64,000 bases of DNA from the human T2T-CHM13v2.0 reference genome, Homo sapiens. The notes beneath the pieces are model-generated. The model was not told the origin of the DNA. It made no database searches and saw nothing but the letters and a program-made list of their open reading frames with translations. The stretch's first letter is position 1, and every line of letters begins with the position of its first letter. A program made the translations under genes and the position numbers. Below, in pieces: positions 42,656 through 58,039 of this stretch. Location: NCBI RefSeq assembly GCF_009914755.1, contig NC_060935.1. One strand, written 5' to 3'.

Positions 42656-45600
42656 AAATATATATATAATATGCACACGCCCACAAATATATACATATAT
42701 TTAGAAATTTCTAAATATTAGAAATCAGAAATACTAGAAATATATATTTCTAAATTACATGTATACATAGCTATATATGCATATTCCTAAATTCAGTGTG
42801 AGAGATATATACTCAAACTGTATCATATTTGCCTTTATAGAATTGCTTTCCCTGAATTGTACTATATCTTTATGCTTTGTCATAAAGCTTCCAAAGAACA
42901 TGGTAAAAAGTAGCCTCATCAACTCAAACTGCATTTTCTGGAGGGATGCTTTCCAGTTAGTTGTTCACCATGTAATACAATATTCTTTCCATGAGGACAA
43001 ACAAGAGAAATTTCAGCAATATGTGAGCTACTTGCAAACAATGTGTTTGTTTGTACCCTATGGACACTGAATCACATAAACGATTATCTTTTTTCTCTCC
43101 CTGGTTACTTTTTCAAATTGAGAGGTTTGCAACCTATGGGTTTCATGGCATGAACTCTATATATTAACAAAATTTTTTATTTCTCTTATTTCCCCCATTA
43201 ACATTAAAGTCTCTTGTATTAGCAGTGATTTATTATTGTAGAAAGGAATAAATAATGTATAGTAAAAAAGATATTCTCAAAAATATCTGTTGAACAAAGA
43301 GAAAGACTATAAAGGATAATAAATGCAAACACTCCAATAATTCAACTCTAAATGCTAAAGAACTGCCCAATTGCTTTTGATACATGCAAGACAAAATTTT
43401 GTCACAGAATACAGGCATCCATAAAGAGAAACCTGTTTTATGCCATGACTGGAAAGACTCTGTGTCTTGTCTTGCAAATCAAAGGAAATAATTATATAAA
43501 AGTCATTTCAATGTTATTAACTGGAGAAATTGGGATTTAAAAAATGCTCATCTCACTGTGTTGATTTAAGCATTAATTAAGATAATGTGTGTACAAGAGC
43601 CTGGCAATGCTGGTGTTTTTAAAATAAATTAATGAAATTAAATTATACAAACAACATCTAAGAATACAACAGTTGGTGACATTTATGAAGAAAAAGTAAG
43701 GCAAGTAGAGTGTGCACACTACATATTAGATGCTTCTAAGACAATCGGAGCTTGAGATAAAAAAATGTATAACTATATTAGTATTTTCTTCTTCTGGCAC
43801 TTTTTCCAATTGTTATTGTTTTATATTCATTTCTTTTGCAGCTGTTCTCAAGTTCACTAACCATCTTGTTTGTGTTTTATCTTGTCAACACATTTCTCAC
43901 ATCCTCATGCAACTACCCTTCTCAAGCATCTCCAGTAGAAGCTCATATATACAAGCAACATTCTCTTCACATTTTCCTTTTATTTCTAGTTTACTCCCAG
44001 CATGGCTTCACAAGGAATGGAGCAGGACTGCCAAGACTTTCTCCAGCTTTAGTGAAAAAAGCTGTTAAACATGCTCCAATTTGTCTTTCTAGGTCCACAG
44101 GAGGTAAAGCCTTTATGTTCATTTACTAGCTCATTTGACAAGGAATAATCGAGCATTTTCTATGTGCTAACTGATGTGTAACCAAGGATTGCAAAGTGAT
44201 TTCACAAACACTGCCTCAGCAAGCCTAAACATCATCTTCAGGTGGACTTATTAGTGTCTCCATTTCACAAAGGCAAAACTAACTGAAGAGTACCTGAGGT
44301 GGAGTGACTTTTCTAGCCTAGAGATTAGACTCTTGACTTCCACTTTCTGCAGTATGGCAGTGTAGAAGGACCCTACCATGACGATATAACTAATTCTTAC
44401 ATGTATTTCAACAAATTTTATAATAAATTGCAAAAAAAAAAGCAAGTAAGGAAAATAAAGGGGGGGAAGAAAAGAAAGAAGGAAGGAAGAAAGAAGAGCA
44501 GCAACAAAAACAAAGAGCTAAAATAAAAGTTGAGAATGGTAAGCTGTTAAGAGAATATGGAAGTCGGGTTACCCTAGGGTAAATGCCTGCATCAGTGCGA
44601 GGCTGTTTTGAGTCAACATGAAGTTAGAAAAGATAAACCTGGGCAGTCCCCCACTTTAAGCTCAGCACCTCAGAGGGAACTAATGTAGTACTAAATCAAA
44701 AGTGCCCACCAGCCCTCAACAGAAACAATAAAACCCTCCAAAGGAAAGCATCATCAATTTATATCCTCAGGTTGCACACAGATTAAGTTGAACCAATAAA
44801 ATATTAACAAAAACAAAAGGAAGCAAACCACCATATGATACAGCAGAAATAACAAAAAATGGATTTCTTTAGACGACTGAAGTTCTCAGATATAAAGTGT
44901 AACGGTATAAAAAATATATATATTTAATGTGTAAGGGAAAATATATAATGGGTATTTAAGAACCCAAAAAGTAAAACTAATTGATTTCAAGGAAGGAGAA
45001 AAAGTGGCAGCAAAGATGGTACCAAAAGGCCAAGAAGAGAAAGGGGCAGAGCAAGATGGCCAAATAAGAGCCTCCACCAATTGTCCCTTCTGCAGGAACA
45101 TCAAATTTGAAATCTACACAAAAAATACACCTTCATAAGAACCAAAAATCAGTGGGAAATCACAGTTTAACTTCCTATCACTGAAAGAGGCATTGAAGAG
45201 GGTAGGAAAGACAGTCTTGAATCACCAACACCACTACTACCCCATTCCCTGGCAGCAGCTCCATGGTGAGGAGAATCTGTGCACTTGAAGGAGGGAGAGC
45301 ACAGCAACTGAGGGACTTTTCATTGAACTCAGTGCTGCCTTCTCATAGAGGAAAGAAAAACCCAGGTGAACTCAGTCAATATGCACCCATAGAGAGATAA
45401 TTTAGACCAGCTATAGCTAGAGAGAAATACCCATCCCAGCAGTCAGAACATGAGTTTCAGCAAGCCTCACCACCCCACATGGGCTAAAGTGTCTGGGGTC
45501 CTAAATAAACTTGAAAGGCAGTCCAGCCCACAAGGAATGCAATTCCCAAGCAAGTCCTAGTGCTGGGCTCAGAGTCAGTGGATGTGGGGGACACATGACC

Positions 45601-48400
45601 TAGTGAGTCACCTTGTGCCACTCTTTCCCCAACATCAGGCAGTGCAGTTTGCAGAAACAAAAGTGATCTCTTTCCTCTTAAGAAGAGGAGAGGGAAGAGT
45701 AAAGAGGACTTTGTCTTGCATCTTGGATGCCAGCTCAGCCACAGAAGACTAGGGCACCAGGCAATGTCATGAGGCCCTCATTTTAGGCCCTAGTTCCTGG
45801 ACAATGTTTTTATACACACCGTGGACCAGAAGAGAACCTGCAGCCTTGAAGGGAAGGACCCAGTCTTGGCAGGATTCATCTCCTGCTGACTAAAGAGCCC
45901 TAGGGCCCTGAATAACCAGCAGCAATACCCATATGCCATGGGCTGTGGGTGAGACTTACTGGCTTCAGGTGAGACTCGGCACATTCCTAGCTATGGTGGT
46001 TATGCTGAAAGACTCCTCTGCTTGAGAAAAGTAGAGGGAAAAGTAAAGACTTTGTCTTGTACCTTAAGCACCAACTCAGCCACGGTGGGGTAGAGTGCCA
46101 AGCAGGCTTTTGGGGTCCCTAATTCTAGGCCTTGCCTCTTAGACAGCATTTCTGGACCTGCCCTTGGCCAGAAAGGAGCTCTTTGCCCTAAAGGGTGAGT
46201 CCCAGGGCTGGTATCATTCACAACCAAGCTGACTGAACCCTTTGGCCTTAAGTGAATATTGGCAGAACCCTGGCAGTACTCCCCATGGGCCTGTCTTGGA
46301 GGTGGCTACTGAGAGAGGCTCCTCTGCCTGTGGAAAGAAGAAGGAACAAAAGGAAAGACGAGGGAACAAAAGGAAAGATGAAGAACAAAAGGAAAGACTG
46401 TCTTGTAGTTTGAGTGCCAGCTTAGCCACAGTAATATAGAGCACCAGGTAGATTTCTAAGGTTTTTGACTCTAGCCTCTGGCTCCCAGATGGCATCTTTG
46501 ACCCACATGGGGCCTAGGGGAACTCGTGACTCTGAAGGGAAAGACAAAAGCCTGACTGGCTTTGCCACCTGCTGGTTGTAGAGTCCTAGGGCCTTGAGCA
46601 AAAATAGGCAGTAGTCAGGTAGTGGTTTCAGTGGGCCTTGGGCAAGACTAAGTGCTGTGCTGGCCTCTGGTCTGACTCAGTACAGTCTCAGTGGTGGTGG
46701 CCACAGGGGGGTTTCTGTCACCCCACTCCCAGCTCTAGGTGGCTCCACACATAGAGATAAACTCCATTTGTTTGGGAGAAAGTAAAGGAGGAGAACAAGA
46801 TTCTCTGCTTTCTGATCAGGAGGATTCTTCCAGATCTTATCCCAGACCACCAAGGAGCTACAGCATTACAGGGCTGGGGGTGCTCCCTAACACAGATACA
46901 GCTTACATCACAACACCTACGACCCTTCAAATACCTGGAAAGTCTTCCCAAAAAAGGAAGGTATAAACAAGCCTAGACTGTGAAGACTACAATAAATATC
47001 TACCTCTGAGACTTACTGGCTTCAGGTGAAACTCAGAACATTCCTAGCTGTGGTGGCCCAAGAGCCCAAGGGCTCTTCAGGATAACACGAAGAAATTCAG
47101 AATTCTATTAGACAAACTTAACAGAGAGATTGAAATAACATTAAAGAATCAATTAGAAATTCTGGAGCTGAAAAAATGCAATTGATATACTGAAGAATAC
47201 ATCAAAGACCCTTAATAGCAGACTTGATCAAGGTGAAGAAAGAATTAGTGAACTTGAAGACACAAAGGAGACAGAAGAAAAAAGAATAAAAAACAATGAA
47301 ACGCACCTATAGGATCTAGAAAACAGCCTCAAAAGGGCAAAATTGGCCTTAAAGAGCAGGTAGAGAAAGAGATAGGAGTATAAAGTTTATTCAAAAGGAT
47401 AATAATACAGAACTTCCTAAACCTAGAGAAAAATACCAATATCCTAATACAGGAAGGTTATAGAACACCAAGCAGATTTAACCCAAAGAAGACTACCTAA
47501 AGGCATTTAATAATTAAACTCTCAAAAATGAAGGATAAGGAAAGGATCACTAAAAGCAGTAAAACAAAAGAAATAAGTAACATACAATGGATCTCCAATA
47601 GATCTAGCAGGATTTTCAGTGGAAACCTTACAGGCCAGGAGAGAGTGACATGACATTTTTAAAGCATTGAAGAGAAAAAATCTTTACCCTAGAATAGTAT
47701 ATTCTGCAAAAATATCCTTCAAATGTGAAGGAGAAATAAACGCTTTCCACACAAACAAAAGCTGAGGAATTTCATCAGCACCAGACCTGCCCTACAAGAA
47801 ACAGTAAGGGCAGTACTTCAGTCAAAAAGAAAAGGATGTTAATGAGCAATAAGTAATCACCTGAAGGTACAAAACTCACTGGTAAGAGTAAGTACACAGG
47901 AAAACACAGAAATTATAACACTGTAACTGTGGTGTGTAAACTACCCATATCTTTTGTAGAAAAAGGAAATGATGAACCAATCAAAAATAATAACTATGAC
48001 AACTTTTCAAGACACAGACAGTACAGTAAGATACAGATAGCGAAAACAAAAAGTTAAAACGTGTGGAGATGAAGTTAAAGAGTAAAGTGTTTATTAGTTT
48101 TATTTTTGCTTGTTTCTTTATGCAATCAGCGTTATTTTGTCAAAGTTTAAGATAATGGGTTGTAAGATATCTCTGCAAGACTCATGGTAACCTCAAATCT
48201 AAAAACATACAAGAGATGCATGAAAAATAAAAAGCAAAAAATTGCAGCATACCAACAGACAAAATCAGCTTCAATAACAGGAAGACAGAAAGTAAAGAAA
48301 GAAGAAAGAGAAGACCAAAACAACCACAAAACCAATAACAAAATGGCAGGAGTAAGTCCTTACTTATTAATAATAACATTGAACGTAAATGGATTAAACT

Positions 48401-48699
<299 letters not shown>

Positions 48700-50240
48700 T
48701 TAAACTCTTCAATTAAAAAAAAGAAAGCAGAAAGAGAAGACCACAAAACAACACAAAACAAATAACAAAATGACAAAAGTAAGTCCTTACTTATCAATAA
48801 TAACATTGAATGTAAATTGACTAAATTCTTCTGTCAAAAGACATAGAGTGGCTGAATGTATTTTAAAAAACAAATGTAATGATCTATTGCCTACGAAAAG
48901 CACACTTATTAGAGATACACATAGACTGAAAATAAAGGGACAGAAAAAGATATCCTATGTCAGTGGAAACCACAAAGAACAGGAGTAGCTATACCTATAT
49001 CAGACAAAATAGGTTTCAAGACAAAAACTGTAATAAGAGACAAAGAAGGTCATTATGCAATGGTAAAGGAATGAATTCAGCAAGAGGATATAACTACTAT
49101 AAGTATAAATGCCCCCAACACTGAAGCACTCAGCTAGTTAAAACAACTATTATTAGAGCTAAAGAAGGAGACAAACTCCAAAGCAATAATAGCTAGAGAG
49201 TTCAACAACCCTCTTTCTGCCTTGGACAGATTATCCATAAGAAAAATCAATAAAGGGATATTGGACTTAATCTGCATCATAGAACAAATGGACCTAATAG
49301 ATATTTACAGAACATTTCATCCAACAGCTGCAGAATACACATTCTTCTCCTAATCACATGGGCCATTCTCAAGGATAGATCATATGTTGGGTCACAAAAC
49401 AAATCTCAAAACATTCAAAAAAAATTGAAATAATATCAAGCATCTTCTCTGACCACAATGGAATAAAACTGGAAATCAATAACAAGAGGAATTTTGGAAA
49501 CTATACAAACACATAGAAATTAAACAATATGTTCCCAAATGACCAGCGGGTTAATGAAGAAATTAAGAAAATTGAAACATTTCTTGAAACAAATGACAAT
49601 GGAAACACACATACCAAAACCTACTCGATACAGCAAAAGCAATACTAAGAGGAAAGTTTATAGCCGTAAGTGCCTACATCAAAAAAGAAGAAAAACTTCA
49701 ACTAAAAGGACAAATGGGATTGCGTCAAGTTCAAGAGATTCTGCAAAGCAAATAAAAAATCAACGAAGTGAAGAGACAACCCACAGAATGGGAGAAAACA
49801 CTTGTGAACCACCAATCTGACAAGGAATTAATAACGAGAATATATAAGTAGCTCAAACAACTCTATAGGAAATAAATATAATAATAGAATTTTAAAATGA
49901 GCAAAATATCTTAATAGACAGTTATCAAAAGAAAACATAAAAATGGCAAATAGGTACATGAAAAGATGCTCAATAACATTAACCAAGAGAGAAATGCAAC
50001 TCAACACTGCAAAATATATCTCACCCCAGTTAAAATGGCTTTTATCCAAAAAACAGGCAAGAACAAATGCTGGTAAGGATGCAGAGAAAAGAGAACCCTC
50101 CCACATTGTTGGTGGGAAAGTAAATTAGTAGAACCACTATGGAGAACAGTTTGGAGGCTCCTCAAAAAAACTAAAAGTAGAGTTACTATATAATCCAGCA
50201 ATCCTCTCCCAGGTGTATACACAAAAGAAAGGAAATCAGT

Positions 50241-50576
50241 TGATACATTTGGCTGTGTCCCCACCCAAATCTCATCTTGAATTCCCTCATTTCAGGAGGG
50301 ACCCAGCAGGAGGTAATTGAATCATGGGGGCAGGTCTTTCCCATGCTGTTCCTTTGATAGTGGATAAGTCTCATGAGATCTGATGGTTTTAAAAAGAGGA
50401 GCTCCCCTGCACAAGCTCTCTTGTCTGCTGCCATGTGAGACGTGTCTTTCACCTTCTGCCATGATTATGAGGCCTCCCCAGCCACGTGGAGCTGTAAGTC
50501 CAATTAACCTCTTTCTTTTGTGAATTGCCCAGTCTCAGGTATGTCTTTATCAGTAGTGTGAAAACAAACTAATACA
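50241..50576 (+). mobile_element. THE1A/B solo LTR nested in L1
   Basis: tgatacatttggctgtgtccccacccaaatctc...actaataca; TSD TCAGT/TCAAT. Confidence 0.92.
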
Positions 50577-51799
50577 TCAATATATTGAAGAGGTATCTGC
50601 ATTCTCATGTTTATTGGAGCACTGCTCACAATATCCAAGATTTTGAAGCAACCCAAGTATCCATCAACAAACTAAATGAATAAAGAAAATGTGGTACATT
50701 TACACAATGTATTGCTATTCAGCCCTAAAAAGAATGAGATTCTGTTGTTCGCAACAACATGGATGGAACTGGAGATTATTATATTAAGTGAGATAATCCA
50801 GGAACAGAGACACAGACTTTGGATATTCTCATTAATTTGTGAGAGCTAAAAATTAAAAAAATTGAACTCATAGAGATAGAGAGTAGAAGGATGGTTAATA
50901 GAGGCTGGGAAGGATAGTGGGAGTTTGGGGAGTGGGAAAGTGGGGATGGTTAATGGGTAAAAAAAATAGAAAGAATGAGTAAGAACTAGTGTTTAATAGC
51001 ACAACAGGGTGACTATAGTCAATAGTAATTTAATTGTACATTTTAAATAACAGAGACCTTATTTAAAAATAAATAATATAATTGGATTGGATTGTTTGTA
51101 TCCAAAGGATAAACACTTAAGGTGAAGGATACCCCATTTACCCTGATGTGATTATTAAGCATTGCATGCCTGTACCAAAATATATCATGTACTCCATAAA
51201 TACCTACGCCTACTATGACCCACAAGAATTAAAAATAAATTTTAAAAATATACAAAGTTTACAAAGGCCAAGAGGTGGCAAGGGAAGAAATACTCATGGA
51301 GGCAATGGCATGCCCAGGGCTGAGACAACCAGGCAGGTGGTGGTGAGCGGCAAGGAAGGAGGAATTACTGCAGAGGCTGCACCAAGCCCACTAGACTTTA
51401 GCATATATTGTAGTGCAGGTTTCCTGTTAACAAGTTCTTTCAACTCTTGTACAGTTGAAAATGTCTATATATCACCTTCATTTTTTCAAATATATTTTCA
51501 TTTGACTAAAACGTTTACCTGAAAAACTGCTTTCTTTCAGCATTATAATTATGTCATCCCACTGTCTTCTGGCACTATTTTTGTCTCAGGAGAAATCAGA
51601 TGTCATTAAGATTGTTTTACCGTTGCGTAAAATTTTTTTCTCTGGCTACCTTTAAGATATTTTCTTTATCTTTGATTTTTAAACTGTTTGATTATGATGT
51701 AGTTTTATTCGCCTTTACTTAATTTTCAGACTTTCTTCGCACTGTGTCTGTTTTTGTTTTGAAAAAAAAATGTTGACTAATGGTTTTTCAGATAGATAG

Positions 51800-52310
51800 A
51801 CCCAACAATTCTACTTTTAGGTAATAACTCTAGAGAATTTTTTAAAAAATTCTGCATGTTTTATACACACATATGCACAAAAAATAAGAAATATTATAAT
51901 AGCCAAGATATGCAAATAATCCAGATGTCCATTATCAGATGACTGAATTAACACATTGTGGCATATTCAAACAATGAAATGCTACTCAAAAATTTAAAGC
52001 AATGAAGTACTGATGAACACAGCACCATGCATAAATATGAAAAACATGATGCTCAGTGAAAACCAGACAAAAATAACATACTCCATAGGATTATGTACAA
52101 TTTTTGAGCGGAACAGACAAAGCTTTAGTTGTAGATATGAGCACAGTGTGGCCTGGTGAGGAAATAGTTGACTGAAAAGAGGCACACCAGAATTTAGAAT
52201 ATACTGGGTTATGAAAATAGTTTAGACACTAATTGGAGTGATGATTATACGTGTGTGTGTGTAAACTCAGCAAACTATATACTTAATATCTTTGGATTAT
52301 GTAACAAGGT
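51800..52310 (+). mobile_element. L1ME-type 3' remnant
   Basis: gacccaacaattctacttttagg..., ccagatgtccattatcag, gtaaactcagcaaactatatactt. Confidence 0.6.
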
Positions 52311-53179
52311 ACTTATGTGCCCCCTAAAATTTCACTGGAAGCCTAAACAAACAACTGATTAAACATATCTAACTGGATAAATTCAGAAATTGAAACTAGA
52401 TCAGAAGAAATGGCACAAACTGAGGCACAGAAAGATCAAGAAAGAAAACGATAAAAGGAAAGTTAAGACACAAAGAAGACATTTTCTCTTTCTGTTAACT
52501 TGATAGGTCAAATATGTGAATCAAACTTCGATAACAAATAACAAAAAATTCAGGTTAAAACATTATACGAATCTTTTTAAAATAATGTAGAGTTGACAAC
52601 AGACTTATGAATCATAACCCTAAAATCTAAGCAAAGGGAGAAATCCAAGCAGGTGAGCAGACCACTGAAACCACTTTAATTCTGAGGGATTTTGCCATAC
52701 CTAGGAAGAGCTTAGATTTTGACAGTTTCCCAGGACTTTCGGTAGAGGAATAAAATCTCAGAAGTAATAAAGTCTCTGTCTCGAAGGGCAATTCATTTAG
52801 GTAAGAATGGCTTAAATAAACACATCTAACCCTGTCCCAATCCAAGGCTAATGCAAGGAAAGTTGCCTTGGCTCTGATGAGAAAGGGGGATGGGATATGA
52901 AAATAATTCCACAAAGTCTTCAGGATTGCACGTAAATCTCAAGCTTATTTGTGGCTGACATTTACAGCATTTTATAGTTCTAAAAGCCTCAAATTAAAAG
53001 TGGTCCGTGACAAGAGGTGCCCTTTGGTGCCTGGAAGTAGCAAACACAAAGGCTGTAAACCCAAAAATGCCCACAAATAATTTTATGTGGACACTAAGTA
53101 TTTCATAATCAAAAATGAGCCCAGAAGGAAACAAGACACACTAGGGGAGAATCATCCAAAAGCTGAATAAAAACCAGCA

Positions 53180-54260
53180 GAAACAAATTCACACAAATTT
53201 CAGAAATTTGTTATAATTTTGCAATTATCAAATATGAAGTATTTTAAACATATTTAAAATGTTTAAGAAAATAAAAGAAAAGAAAGCCTTATAATAACTG
53301 CAGGAAAAAACTGAATTTAACTTCTGGAATTAAAATATAGAATAGTCCAAAGTAAAACTTTAATGTGCAGTTTTAATAATATATTAGACACAATTGAAAA
53401 TAGAACTGAAAATCATTTTTAAAAAATTATTCAGAAGGCCTCACAAAGATTAAGGAAGTGGCAGAAAATGTGAAAGAGTGGGTAAGAGAGACAGAAAAAA
53501 GGAAGCGAAGGTATAATGTATGTGTCTATTCCAAGTTACATAATGAAAATATAGATAGAATATAGAATAGCAGATGTTGGAATGATGACATAGTCAATGT
53601 CTCAGATTCATGAAGTCCAAGAAATATAAAAGAAAATGAACAGAAATTTATTCATATACACATAATAGTAACATTGAAATACTAAAGATGAAGAAAATAC
53701 ATTAATAGCCTCTTTGGAGGGAGGGAAGACAGATTACCCTTAGAGAATCATTGATTAGACTGACAGCTGACTTTTTAACAAACACATTCAAAGCTAGATG
53801 ACAGTGTACTTACCTCTTCAACATGTTGAAAGACTGTATTTTCAACCTGGAATTCTATGCTCAACAAAAATATTTCAAGAGCGACAGATAATTAAAGACA
53901 TTTTTAAACAAACAAGTACATTTAGAAAGTTTGGCACCATATGATTCTCACAAAAGGAAGTTCTATGACATATAATCCCAGATGAAAGGTCTGAAGTACA
54001 AGAAAAAAAGAGTAAAATAAAGGTGAAATATATGTAAATAAATCTGAAAGAAGATTGACTATATAAATCATTATAATAATATTTTATAGAATAAAATAAT
54101 TGAATTAAATTCACAAATATAATACAAAAATTGGAAAGAGATAAAGTATTCAAAGGTCCTATGTTTTCCAAAAGGAGGGTAACAGTTTTGATTACTTTCA
54201 GATATTATAAGTGAAGATATGCATGTTGTAATTTTTTGGGTGACCAATGGAGCATTCTCC
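53180..54260 (+). mobile_element. Ancient L1M/HAL1 ORF1-like remnant
   Basis: attagactgacagctgacttt...ttcaacctggaattctat (ORF1 CTD-like). Confidence 0.55.
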
Positions 54261-54284
54261 ATTGGAATAAATTGTGTAAATTTT

Positions 54285-55113
<829 letters not shown>

Positions 55114-55163
55114 ATATGAAAAACATGGATGATAAAAGTTATTGAGCCAATCCAAAAGGAAGC

Positions 55164-55481
55164 TGTCTTAGCTGTACCAAGATACCATAGACTGAGTGAC
55201 TTAAACAACAGACATGTATTTCTCACTAGAGGCTGAGAAGCCCAGCAGATTCTGTTTTTGTCTTGCAGATGGCTGCCTACTTGCTATATCTCCACATGGC
55301 AGAAAAGAGAGGCCTGATATCTCTTCCCCTTCTTACAAGGGCACTAATCTACATAGAGGATCCACCCTCATGACCTCATCTAAGCCTAATTACTTCCCAA
55401 AAGCCATATCTCCCAATACCATCACATTGGAGGATAAGGCTTCAACATATACCTTCTGGGGAGCACATCCAGTCTATAACA
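55164..55481 (-). mobile_element. MLT1A-like LTR
   Basis: tgtcttag...cagtctataaca; flanks GAAGC/AAAGC. Confidence 0.8.
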
Positions 55482-55809
55482 AAAGCAAATGGCACAGAGA
55501 AAAAAATGATAGAAATGGTAGAAGAAAAAGAAAGCATAAAAAATGTAGATACAAGCCCATATATATATTATTCTATTAAATATTAATGAGCTACTTTTCT
55601 ATAGATAAAAGATAAAGATTGCCAAGAGATTTTAAAAAATAGATCCACAACTAAAATGCAAGAATAGAAAAATATCAAAAATTAAAGAATGAAGGAAAAT
55701 ATGGTATGCAAATACGAACAAAGGAAAGATGATTTAGCTATGCACCAAAGAGAAAAAAAATTCACTAAAGATAACCACTCCACAAGATAAAATATTCAAT
55801 TCATCAGAG

Positions 55810-56560
55810 AAAAGCACATGAAAAATGCTCAACATTGTTAGTCAGTATGGATATACAAGTCAAAACTACAGTGAGATACCACATCACACCCATTGGGATG
55901 GCTATAATAATTTTGGAGGGAAAAAAGCAAATTATTGGCGAGGATATGGAGAAACTGGAACCTTTGTACATTGCTGGCAGGAATGTACAATGGTACACTC
56001 ACTATGGAAAACAATTTGGCTGTTTCTCAAAAAGTTAAAAATGGAATTACTATATAACCCAGAAACTCCTCCCCTAGGAATTCACACAAAAGAAATGAAA
56101 ACAGGGACTGAAACAGATACAACAAAAAGGTATGAATAACTTAAGTATACATCAATTTTTAAATGGATAAACAAAAATTAATATATGCATGCAACTGAAT
56201 ATTATTCAGGCATAAAGAGCAATGAAGTTCTGATACATGCTACAACATGGATGAATCTTACAAACATTCTAAGTAAAATAAGTCAAAAACAAAAGGGTGA
56301 ATGTTATGATTTATCTTACATAAAAAATTTAGAATAAGCAAATTTGTAGTGACAGAAAGTAAATTAGGGATCAACAGAGGCTACGGAGAGGGGAGAATGG
56401 GGGAAGTATTGCTTAATATATACCAAGTTTCTGTTTGGAGTGATGAAAAAGTTTTGGAAATAGACAGCTGTGCTGGTTGCACAATATTGTGAATATAATG
56501 AATGGCCACCCAATCGGATACTTAAAATGATTAAATGGCAAATATATTTTATATATACAT
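55810..56560 (+). mobile_element. L1MB-like 3' fragment
   Basis: ORF2 C-terminal remnant (TTVRYHITPIGMAII) and L1MB-type 3'UTR. Confidence 0.8.
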
Positions 56561-56775
56561 ATGTATTGTGTGTGTGTATCTGTTTTAAAAAAAAAATTAG
56601 AATTAGAAGCCCAGGAAATACAATCAAGAAATACAGTGTCTTGGAATCCAAAGACAGTATGCAGGGTTCCCAGAAGAAAGATGGGGTAAACATTGCCTAA
56701 GATTGACAGGTATTTAAACAAACACACTCTGGATTCAATCCCAGATCTGTCACTTCTGAAGTCTGTAATAGTGGC

Positions 56776-57182
56776 TGATATGGTTTGGATATGTGTCTCC
56801 TCCAAATCTCATGTTAAAATGTCACCCCCAGTTTTGGAGGTAGGACCTAGTGGGACCTGTTGGATCATGAGGATGGATCCCTTAAGAATGGTTTAGCATT
56901 AAACCCTTGGTGATGAGTGGGTTCTCTCTCTGTTAGTTCAAGAGCAGGTTGCTTGAAGGAGCCTGGCATGTCTCTTGCTCCCTCTCTGGCCATGCGACAC
57001 ACCTGCTCACCTTTCACCTTCTGCCATGAGTTATAAACTTCCTGAGGCCTCACTAGAAGTTGAGCAGATGCTGGTGTCACACTTGAACATCCTGCAGAAC
57101 TGTGAAAGAAATAAATCTCTCTTCTTTATAAATTACCTAGTCTATGGTATTCCTTCATAGCATCATAAAAACGACTAACACA
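56776..57182 (+). mobile_element. MSTB-like solo LTR
   Basis: tgatatggtttggat...gactaacaca; flanks GTGGC/CTGGC. Confidence 0.88.
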
Positions 57183-57221
57183 CTGGCTCAATCAACTAAC
57201 TTTTCTTAGGTTCAGTTTTTT

Positions 57222-57532
57222 GTTTCTGTTTTGTTTTGTTTTGTTTTGTGTTTTTGGAGACAGGGTCTCTGTCACCCAGGCTGGAGTGCAGTGGCATGAT
57301 TTCAGCTCACTGTAGCTTGACCTCCCAGGCCCAAGCAATCCTTCCACCTCAGCCTCCCAAGTAGCTGGGTCTGCAGGCACTTGCCACCAGGCTTGGCTAA
57401 TTTTTGTATTATTTGTAGTGATGGGGTTTCACATATTATCCAGGCTGGCCTCAAACTTCTAGGCTTAAGCAATCGGTCTGCCTCAGCCACCCAATGTGCT
57501 GGGATTACAGGCATGAGCCACCACACCCAGCC
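57222..57532 (-). mobile_element. AluJ
   Basis: Diverged dimeric Alu with (TTTTG)n tail; TSD AGGTTCAGTTTTTT at 57208-57221 and 57533-57546. Confidence 0.9.
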
Positions 57533-58039
57533 AGGTTCAGTTTTTTAATCTATTAAATAGGAATAATAATAATAATAAAGAATAATAATCTATTAAATAG
57601 AAATAATATAACAACTATAGCGATGAGTAAAGATCCAAGGGCCAAGCCTAAAATAGTATAGTTATTTAATAAATGATAACATCTGATATTCTATTTTATT
57701 TGCCTACATGTCTATTTTCCTGGAGATCATACACTCTCTCTATAATTCTATTTCCAGTTTCCAACACAGTATCTGGATATATTAGGCTTAACTCTAATCT
57801 GCAGCTGTCAGGGAGATCTTCACATGTACAACTAAAATTCTGACTCACACACTACCATAGGCATCAGTAGAATATAGAACAGAATCCACTTGCCAGTAGG
57901 GTAGCATCAAACATTCCTCATCATCAGGAATCCTTGCAGTGATCCAGCACATCAGTGTTGGTCCAGCATAGCTCTCTGGGAAATACATGTTTCCCAGATG
58001 ACTGCTCAGATGCAAGGAGATGAAACTTGCAGACATATA

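Noticed and set aside
45540-46720. Spaced repeats (AAAGA..ACTTTGTCTTG...CAGCTCAGCCAC) suggesting an array
   Set aside because: These look like the internal repeats of old L1M 5'UTRs, not a CRISPR-like or novel array
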